Below, piece by piece: positions 57,260 through 64,000 of a DNA stretch of 64,000 nt. Numbering within the stretch: position 1 is the first letter of the stretch; each line of letters starts with the position of its first letter. Source of the DNA: an uncultured Spirochaetaceae bacterium (GTDB taxonomy: Bacteria > Spirochaetota > Spirochaetia > Treponematales > Treponemataceae); assembly GCA_902792795.1 (NCBI GenBank), contig CADBBB010000006.1, forward strand, positions 22,200 through 86,199, written 5' to 3'. The position numbers and the translations under genes are program-made. The notes beneath the pieces are model-generated. The model ran no database searches, was not told the origin of the DNA, and was given only the letters and a program-made list of their open reading frames with translations.

Positions 57260-59677
57260 ATGAAAGCAAAACTTTTTTCTTGCCTTAAAAAAAATCCCGC
57301 GCCGCTTGCATGGCTTGCTTTGCACGCCGCCGTTTTTGTGGCGCTGGCTATTTGCTTTGCAGCGGGCAGGAAGATTTTTGTAAACACAAATCTCTTTGAC
57401 ATTTTGCCGCAGTCGTCGAAGGCCAAGGCGGCGGCGAGGGCGGACGACGCGCTGACGCAAAAAAGCGCCAGGCAGTTTTTTGTCCTTGCGCGCTGCAAGT
57501 CTTTTGAAGGCGCCAAGAAGGCCGCCTCTCTTTTTGCGGAGGAACTATTAAAGGCCGACCAAGAGGCCGCCGCCGCGGATCCCAAGAACAAAATTTTTGA
57601 GAGCATTTCTTTTGAGGCTTCCTCCTTGTCGCTGGACCAAATTTTTGAATGGCAGTACAAAAACCGTTTTTTGCTTTTGGACAAGGAGACGGTTCAAAAA
57701 ATAAACCAAGGCGGCGGCGTTGACGAGCTAAAGGAGCTGGCCTTGCAAAAAGCCTTTGGCGCCTTTTCGCTGACTCCCTTGGAATTTGTTGACGGCGACC
57801 CCTTCTTTTTGGCCGACTTGGAATTGCAAAATTTAATCGAGCGCCTTTCCAACACCGGAACGTCCCTTGCCTTGCGCGACGGAGTTTTGGCGGCGGAATA
57901 CGATGGCGAGCATTACGTTATGGTTCGCGGCGCGTTGACGCAAAAGGGCGCTTCGGTGACGAGCAAAAAAAACGGCGTCCAAACGATTTACGATTGCGCC
58001 AACCGCGTCGCCGCGTCAAGCGATTTTGGCCAGGAAGGCGGACAAGATGTTTCGTTTGTTTTTTCCGGTTCCCCCTTCCACAGCCACAAGAGCGCCACCA
58101 GCGCGCAAAGGCAGGTGGCCGTCATCAGCGCTCTTAGCATGCTGGCGGTTGTCGTTCTTTTGCTGCTTGTCTTTAGGAGCGCGCGGCCGTTGCTCTTTTC
58201 TGTCGGGGCGATAACGCTGAGCTCGGCGTTTGGTCTGGGAACGGAGCTTTTGGTCTTTGGACAGATTCACATTTTGACTTTTGTTTTTGGAACTACTTTG
58301 ATTGGAACATGCCTGGATTACAGCCTGCACTTTTGGACGCGCGCGTATTTTTGTCAGGAAGCGCTTTTGGGAGCACAGGCGATGAAAAAGATTTTCAAGG
58401 GCTTGGCTCTTTCGTTCGCTTCGACGGAAGTTTGCTATTTGATTATGCTCTTGGCTCCGTTCGCCCTTCTAAAGCAAATATCGGTTTTTTGCTTTGCGGG
58501 AATTTTAAGCGCGTTCGCAACGACGGTTCTTTTTTATCCAGCTCTTTCCGTTCCGCAAAAAAAACTTTCGCCGGCCATGCTGAATGGCGCTAGATTCGCG
58601 TTCCCGCGACATTTAAAAAAGATTCTGCTTTTTGCCGTTGCAGGAACTTGCCTTGCGCTGGCGCTTTTCTTTAGGCAAAATTTGCGCTTGGACAACGACC
58701 TTAGAAAATTTTACACGATGAGCGGAAAGCTTTTGGAGGACGAAAAACTTTCGGCCAGCGTGATGAACAGAAAAAGCGGCGCCCGCTATTTTATTGTCCG
58801 CGCCAATAGCGCCGACGCTCTTTTGCAAACCGAAGAAGCCTTTTGCGCTCTTTTGCAAGAGGAAGTCGCGGCGGGAAGGCTCGACTCTTTTTCTGCGACA
58901 AGCCAATTCGTTCCGTCCAAAAAAAGCAAAAGGGCGTCGCTTGCGGCCAGCCAAAAATTGATGGAGGCCGCGCCGGACTTGCAGGAAATTTTTGGAAGCG
59001 AGGCCCGGGACTTTGTGCCGGACTTTTTGGAGGCGCGCGCCTTGCTTGACGCGCCGGACGATTCTGGCATGGAAGGCGTTCCGCCATATTTAAAGGACGC
59101 GCTTGAAACTTTGTGGCTTGGAAAAATCGGCCAGGAATATTTTAGCGCGATTTTTGTTTCCGGTGGCGACGCGGAAAATTTAAAAAGCCTTGCCGCACGC
59201 TTTGGCGCTGCGGACGCCCAGGCGGTTTGCTTTGTGGACAAGGCAAGCGACATCGCCTTTGAGTTGAACCGGCTGACAAAAATCATGCTTGTTCTTTTGG
59301 CCGCGGCCTTTGTCGTTTTGATTTTTGCGCTGGCGTTTTTTTACAAGCCGCGGGCGCTTGCAAAAGTCGCCGCCGTTCCCCTGCTGGTCTTGCTGTGCGA
59401 GGCTGCCGTCATCGCGGCATTTAAAATTCCTTTGGGTTTTTTTGCCGTCACGGGAATCATCTTGGTTTTTGGCTTGGGCCTGGACTACATAATTTACACG
59501 GTGGAAAGCGGCGGCGACGCGGTCAACTCGCTTGCGGTCTTGCTTTCGTTCGCCACCACCGCGCTCAGCTTTGGCGCCATCGCGCTAAGCTCCTTTATGC
59601 CCGTCCACATTTTTGGAACGGTGGTCTTCTTTGGCCTTGTCGGGGCGTGGGGTGCAAGCCGGGCGGCGTCTCGCTAG
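57260..59677 (+). CDS. MMPL family exporter
   Basis: Two-repeat RND topology; GTCLDYSLH and GLGLDYIIY. Confidence 0.85.
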   Translation: MKAKLFSCLKKNPAPLAWLALHAAVFVALAICFAAGRKIFVNTNLFDILPQSSKAKAAARADDALTQKSARQFFVLARCKSFEGAKKAASLFAEELLKADQEAAAADPKNKIFESISFEASSLSLDQIFEWQYKNRFLLLDKETVQKINQGGGVDELKELALQKAFGAFSLTPLEFVDGDPFFLADLELQNLIERLSNTGTSLALRDGVLAAEYDGEHYVMVRGALTQKGASVTSKKNGVQTIYDCANRVAASSDFGQEGGQDVSFVFSGSPFHSHKSATSAQRQVAVISALSMLAVVVLLLLVFRSARPLLFSVGAITLSSAFGLGTELLVFGQIHILTFVFGTTLIGTCLDYSLHFWTRAYFCQEALLGAQAMKKIFKGLALSFASTEVCYLIMLLAPFALLKQISVFCFAGILSAFATTVLFYPALSVPQKKLSPAMLNGARFAFPRHLKKILLFAVAGTCLALALFFRQNLRLDNDLRKFYTMSGKLLEDEKLSASVMNRKSGARYFIVRANSADALLQTEEAFCALLQEEVAAGRLDSFSATSQFVPSKKSKRASLAASQKLMEAAPDLQEIFGSEARDFVPDFLEARALLDAPDDSGMEGVPPYLKDALETLWLGKIGQEYFSAIFVSGGDAENLKSLAARFGAADAQAVCFVDKASDIAFELNRLTKIMLVLLAAAFVVLIFALAFFYKPRALAKVAAVPLLVLLCEAAVIAAFKIPLGFFAVTGIILVFGLGLDYIIYTVESGGDAVNSLAVLLSFATTALSFGAIALSSFMPVHIFGTVVFFGLVGAWGASRAASR

Positions 59678-59820
59678 TTTTGTCATTATGGGAAAAACGC
59701 GGTTTGGTTCAAAAATTTGTCGTTTTTAAAGCGACCACAGAATTCCTCCATTGGTGTATTATTTTAGAGGATCTCGAAAAGCTCATTTGAGTGTTTTTTG
59801 AGAGCGCCAAGGAGTTTGTC

Positions 59821-60162
59821 ATGCAAGAAAAGGAAAAACAAAATCAAGCGCCCGATGAATTGTTTGAGAAATTTAAAACAATTGAGCTGGCGCCTTTGCC
59901 GCATTTTTCGCTTGAGTTGATGCAGTTTCCGGATGAAGTTTATGACTTTCTTAGGAAAACAGCGAATGAACATAATTGCACTGTCAGCCGCGTAATTGAA
60001 CAATTTATGACTGATTTGCTCTCCGAAACAAAAGACATTTCAGAAATTAATGCCGAGACTTTGACAAAATTGTCAAAAGAAAAGCCTTATGTATTTATCA
60101 AGAAAAAAGGCAAACCATTTGCCAGAATCAGTTTTTTTGAAGAAGAAAAGACAACTAAATGA
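59821..60162 (+). CDS. Small ribbon-helix-helix-like protein with Phd-like C-terminus
   Basis: AAGGAG RBS; FPDEVYDFLRKTANEHNCTVSRVI...VFIKKKGKPFARI; paralog of 62063..62530. Confidence 0.55.
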   Translation: MQEKEKQNQAPDELFEKFKTIELAPLPHFSLELMQFPDEVYDFLRKTANEHNCTVSRVIEQFMTDLLSETKDISEINAETLTKLSKEKPYVFIKKKGKPFARISFFEEEKTTK

Positions 60163-60628
60163 TTTTTTCGCCGTAGTGGTCTAAAATTTCATTGACGGTT
60201 ATTACATCGAAAATCTCGTGGCAAAAACAGTAACGCAAAAGCAAATCTTGTCGGACGCTTTTTGAAAGTGAATAGCCGGCAGTCTTTAAAAGCGATTCAC
60301 TTTCTTCAATGCCTAAATTCATCGCAAGGCAAAGTTTTACGAGCGTGTTTTTGTTAGGATGGTAATCTGGCAAGGTGCGAATTTTAGAAAACAACTTACG
60401 GTCAACATTTGCCTTTTTATAAAGCTTCACTTCATCAAGATTCTTGGACTGAATTATTTGTCTGATTTTTTCTTGAAGAAGGTCATCCGTAGAGCTTATA
60501 TAATCGTTAATGGCAACGTAATCTGGAATCGGCTCTTTTATAGTGGAAGCAGATTCACGAATTTCGTAGCGGAATTCGCTTTTTATATATGAGTCTATTT
60601 CTTTAAAGTCTATGTTCGTGTTTTTCAT
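60155..60628 (-). CDS. XRE-like HTH protein (domain usually found C-terminal to macro domains)
   Basis: LYKKANVDRKLFSKIR...YHPNK...LC.A..L..EE...LL..AGYSLS.S...D. Confidence 0.75.
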   Translation of the reverse strand: MKNTNIDFKEIDSYIKSEFRYEIRESASTIKEPIPDYVAINDYISSTDDLLQEKIRQIIQSKNLDEVKLYKKANVDRKLFSKIRTLPDYHPNKNTLVKLCLAMNLGIEESESLLKTAGYSLSKSVRQDLLLRYCFCHEIFDVITVNEILDHYGEKII

Positions 60629-60669
60629 TAGTGGAATTATAGCATAAAAAAAGAGAGATATGAAGAAGT

Positions 60670-62037
60670 TCACTCATTTAATTCCGCGGGTTCTTCCGGA
60701 AGCCAAATGATGTCGGCGCCGTATTTTAACAAATCCTCGTCATATACATGCATAAAGTCTATTACCCGTCCGTATTCTTTTGGGAACAGTTCCTCACAAT
60801 ATCTTGGAATTGTTTTATGCGGAACTATGCCAACATAATCGGTTCCGTCAAATCGAGCCAAGATTTCTTCTGCATCGCAAAGTTTTACTGGAAGGCCGGC
60901 GGCGGCCAAGGCGGTGTAAAAACTCACGGCTTCAAACGGCCTTTGTTTTCCACAAACTTCAAAAAAGTAGCCGGCCTTCTTCAAACGAGAATTGCGTTCT
61001 TTTTCGGTAATTTTGCCAGAACGATACAAATAGTCTATTTCAAATTTATCGTGCCGAACAAACAAATCCACGTGAGTGCTGTTTCCTCCGCGAATTATTT
61101 CCCAAGGATGGCCGCCGCCTTTTCCGCTAAAATACCATGCGTCCCATTCTTTTGAACTTTCAAAATTAATGCCAGGCCCTTCGTTTAAGCCGTGGCCTGT
61201 TCCCGTCAGACCTTCGTCACGACCGTCCGCGTATTTAAGGTATAGCTCGGCTGGCGTTTTTTTGCCAATTTTGTAACCGCACGCTTTGTAGCCAATTTTG
61301 CAAGCGTAAAAGAAATCGTTCGCGCAAAAACGCTTTATGCGGGCAATTTTTTGTTCGTCATTTTTGCCGGAAACAATGAGCTTGCGCAAGGCTAAAATTT
61401 TTCTTTGCGATAATCCATCAAAATCATATTTTTTGAATTCCGGGTCATGCTTCCAAAGAGTTGAACGTTTGATTACTCCCGTTTTAAATTCATACGGAAG
61501 CGAATTGTCAACCAATGAATTATATTTACCTTTTTTTAAAAGCTCTACAGACTCTTTTGCGGTGTCAACAAGCAAATTGCATAGAATCGCGGCGTATTCA
61601 TCCATAAGGTCAGGCTTTCCCTTTTCATCTATTCTCGCGCTTATGATTGTATTTCTTGCAAGTCCTACTCCTCGAAAATTAACAACTCCTTCTCGATCTT
61701 TTTCTTCAACGATAACAAGCCGATACCATTTTATTTCATCGGGGTAATCTTCAAGCCAGCGTTTTTGATATTGCTTGTAAGTTTTAACTCTGCCCCATTC
61801 TTTCATATCTTCAAAAGAATCGTAGTCAGTGATTTCTCCTCTAGGAACGAAAATCCATATCGCTTTTGCCTCATCGTTCGACTTTAATGGAGCGAGAGGC
61901 TCAAGCACCTTAAACAAAGGTTTCATCGCGCGGGCAAGTTTTGGCCTGATGCCAGAAGGATTCATAAAATCGCGGTTAAAACAATTTAGAAGCCTGTCTA
62001 TATCCGGCGCGACTAATTTGTATTTTTTTGTTTTCAT
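60670..62037 (-). CDS. Hypothetical protein
   Basis: 455-aa ORF with GGAGG RBS; motif-like segments YADGRDEGL, GGHPWEIIRGGNSTH, VGIVPH, DFMH. Confidence 0.7.
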   Translation of the reverse strand: MKTKKYKLVAPDIDRLLNCFNRDFMNPSGIRPKLARAMKPLFKVLEPLAPLKSNDEAKAIWIFVPRGEITDYDSFEDMKEWGRVKTYKQYQKRWLEDYPDEIKWYRLVIVEEKDREGVVNFRGVGLARNTIISARIDEKGKPDLMDEYAAILCNLLVDTAKESVELLKKGKYNSLVDNSLPYEFKTGVIKRSTLWKHDPEFKKYDFDGLSQRKILALRKLIVSGKNDEQKIARIKRFCANDFFYACKIGYKACGYKIGKKTPAELYLKYADGRDEGLTGTGHGLNEGPGINFESSKEWDAWYFSGKGGGHPWEIIRGGNSTHVDLFVRHDKFEIDYLYRSGKITEKERNSRLKKAGYFFEVCGKQRPFEAVSFYTALAAAGLPVKLCDAEEILARFDGTDYVGIVPHKTIPRYCEELFPKEYGRVIDFMHVYDEDLLKYGADIIWLPEEPAELNE

Positions 62038-62062
62038 AAAATTCCTCCGTTATGTTTAAGTT

Positions 62063-62530
62063 TTACAACGCGCAAGCCCTGTGGCTGGTGGGGCGGCGTT
62101 TTTTCGGGTGGACTTTAATTGCCGCGGACGCGCATTCGCATTCATAGCGAAAGTCGGGCGCTTTAAATTTGGTGGAACTATTATCTTTTGGAATGGGTGC
62201 GGATTTGTTTGCGCAAACGGGCGGTTCGTCTTTGGGGGGGATTATTTCCACGCGGGCAAAGGGTTTGGTTCCTTCCATAAGAATAATGTGGCTGCTTTTT
62301 GCGGCGACGGCCTTCAATGTTTTTGCGGAAAGTTTTTCCAAGTCCAAATGTTCAGAAAGAAAGTCGGTCATGATGTGGTTCAACACGTTGTCGAACGGCT
62401 GGTTGGCGCGTGCGGCCAGTTCGCGCAAAAACGCGAGCACATCGTCGTCCAGGCGCAGCGTTACATCTTTCCAGCGCCTTAATGGCGTCACAATCACGCC
62501 GTCAAAATTGATTTCGTTTTGGGTCTTCAT
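62063..62530 (-). CDS. Ribbon-helix-helix-like protein with Phd-like segment
   Basis: AGGAGG RBS before ATG 62530; VTLRLDDDVLAFLRELAARANQPFDNVL...IILMEGTKPFARV. Confidence 0.6.
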   Translation of the reverse strand: MKTQNEINFDGVIVTPLRRWKDVTLRLDDDVLAFLRELAARANQPFDNVLNHIMTDFLSEHLDLEKLSAKTLKAVAAKSSHIILMEGTKPFARVEIIPPKDEPPVCANKSAPIPKDNSSTKFKAPDFRYECECASAAIKVHPKKRRPTSHRACAL

Positions 62531-62538
62531 AGTTCCTC

Positions 62539-63207
62539 CTATTTTTCGTTGGCAGGCTTGAAGCCGATTTTTCGTTTTGGCTTTGGTTCGTCCAAAAGAT
62601 TGTTCAAAACAAGGATGATTTGGCTGATTTTTTTGTCTTGGTCCGAGAACTTTTTGTCGCAATGGTCGATGTGCAGCAAGAGAAGGCGGCGGATTTCCGC
62701 AAGTTCAGCTTTGTCGTCGGTTTTTAGAACGCGCTCGCTTACATAATGGCGGAGTTGGACAAAGGCGTTCATAATTCTTATGCTGACTTGGATGGCGGTT
62801 TCGCTGCGCAGAACGGCGGAAAGCATTGCCACGCCTTGCTCTGTAAAGACATAGGGAAGGTATTGCCGTCCGCCGCGAGTTTCTTCTTTGACGCTTGTTT
62901 TTGAGGTCACAGATTGTGACCTCAAAAGATCATGGTCTGGATTTAAGGTCACAATTTGTGACCTTAGAATGTCATTTTCGGGTTTTGAGGTCGCGAATTG
63001 CGACCTCAAAAAGTCGTACTCTTCTTTTATAAGTTGGAAACGAAATTCTTCGGGAAAACGTTCCACATTGCGTTTTACCGCTTGATTTATAACTTTTGTT
63101 TCCACACCATATAATTCAGCCAAATCGCGGTCAATCATAACTTGCTTGCCGCGGATTACGAAAATTTTGCTCTCGATGAGAATGGGCGTTATAAGTTCTT
63201 TATTCAT
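62539..63207 (-). CDS. ORF6N domain DNA-binding protein with three LRSQ repeats
   Basis: IRGKQVMIDRDLAELYGVETK..NQAVKRN.ERFP, PYVFTEQGVAMLS, KRKIGF. Confidence 0.93.
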   Translation of the reverse strand: MNKELITPILIESKIFVIRGKQVMIDRDLAELYGVETKVINQAVKRNVERFPEEFRFQLIKEEYDFLRSQFATSKPENDILRSQIVTLNPDHDLLRSQSVTSKTSVKEETRGGRQYLPYVFTEQGVAMLSAVLRSETAIQVSIRIMNAFVQLRHYVSERVLKTDDKAELAEIRRLLLLHIDHCDKKFSDQDKKISQIILVLNNLLDEPKPKRKIGFKPANEK

Positions 63208-63302
63208 GCCATAAATTTAGCGCGTGTTGGGGAGAAAAACATTAAAGTAATACTTTAAAGAAATTTGAGGAAATTCACTTGACACGGAAAATTAAAAACC
63301 GT

Positions 63303-63689
63303 TCAAACTGGGAGCGAAAAGTTAAAGTGGCGGCATAGCGCGGTTTGAACGTCGGCGCTGGCGTTGAGCTTTAGGTAATCGATGTCGGCTTGTGCGATTC
63401 CATACGGGGGCGGGCACGGTTCCTTGATGGGGAGCTGTTCCGTGCGGACGGTTTTTAACGCGACAAGTTCGTCAATAGGAACGTCATACAGCCGCGCCAG
63501 AACGACAAGATTGTCGAGCCTTGGCAAAGTTTTGCTGTCAGGATTTTCCCATTCGTAAATTGCCTGCGGGTGGTCAAAGTTAAAAAGCTTTTGGAGAACG
63601 CCAATCTTTATCTTCTTTTTTTCGCGGATTTTTTTGAGCTTGAGCGAGGTCTTTTCTACATCAATCACCGGAAAGGAAAAGGAAGGCAT
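63303..63689 (-). CDS. XRE family HTH regulator
   Basis: FPVID..KT...LKKIRE...LQ.LF.F..PQAIYEWE....LPRLDNLVVLARLY.V.IDEL. Confidence 0.85.
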   Translation of the reverse strand: MPSFSFPVIDVEKTSLKLKKIREKKKIKIGVLQKLFNFDHPQAIYEWENPDSKTLPRLDNLVVLARLYDVPIDELVALKTVRTEQLPIKEPCPPPYGIAQADIDYLKLNASADVQTALCRHFNFSLPV

Positions 63690-63836
63690 ATAGTTTAAAA
63701 TAAACGAGAAGTCGGGGTGTGTCAAGGTGAAGGGAAAATGTGTGAACCGTTGATTAAGAATTTTTGGGTTGGAATCAAAAACCTCGCTGCATTACAGCGA
63801 GGTATAGATATTTTTATATAAATTTGTTTTTTTAGT

Positions 63837-64000
63837 TTAAAATGCTTCTTTTGGAAAGTCCATCTTTAATAAGGCACTTTTTGTTTTTAAATCTATCCTG
63901 CAATCATTGAAAATGCCTATGGCTGAAAATGGATCCATCATTGCTTTTTGCATAGAAATAGCAACTTTATCCCAATTTCCTTGACTTATAGCATTTATCA
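63837..64000 (-). CDS. 3' end of an unknown gene entering from beyond the window
   Basis: Open frame ...INAISQGNWDKVAISMQKAMMDPFSAIGIFNDCRIDLKTKSALLKMDFPKEAF*, followed by terminator-like hairpin ACCTCGCTG...CAGCGAGGT at 63781-63803. Confidence 0.5.
   Translation of the reverse strand, partial: INAISQGNWDKVAISMQKAMMDPFSAIGIFNDCRIDLKTKSALLKMDFPKEAF

Noticed and set aside
59700-64000. Prophage, suggested by ORF6N and XRE genes
   Set aside because: No integrase, terminase, structural or replication genes in the window.
1-64000. tRNA, rRNA or full IS transposase genes
   Set aside because: No cloverleaf or T-loop signatures, rRNA motifs or transposase ORFs recognised by eye; a covariance search could still find something missed.

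Overview
Chromosomal origin region of a Treponema-like spirochete (host genes roughly 50% GC by eye, typical spirochete gene set). From left to right: a partial MCP; an MMPL/LolA-like/outer-membrane-barrel cluster with an ArsR regulator and a perfect 42-bp operator palindrome; a GH16-CBM4 glucanase; argC/HAD/U32 genes; an intergenic block with four parS sites, a duplicated DnaA-box module and a candidate sRNA; gyrA-ORF6N-gyrB divergent from dnaA-oriC-dnaN-recF-dciA; rsmG; rpmH-rnpA-yidD-yidC-jag; a small integrase-less integron cassette array (CALIN) grafted onto a REP-like element; earP and fic; an AT-rich defence island (type I R-M with Gabija-like and DUF262+HEPN genes nested between hsdS and hsdR, followed by RES and AlbA genes); a second MMPL; and a cluster of small DNA-binding genes. 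The most unusual signals are: (i) DNA-level palindromes and direct repeats embedded in the coding sequences of several DNA-binding accessory genes (two ORF6N, AlbA-HTH, Fic-HTH), possibly self-encoded operators; (ii) the REP/attC chimeric junction and a covarying three-hairpin element nested in two different palindromic hosts; (iii) a parS/DnaA-box/sRNA block about 7 kb from oriC; (iv) the nested defence operon. All calls come from reading motifs by eye; no database search was run.
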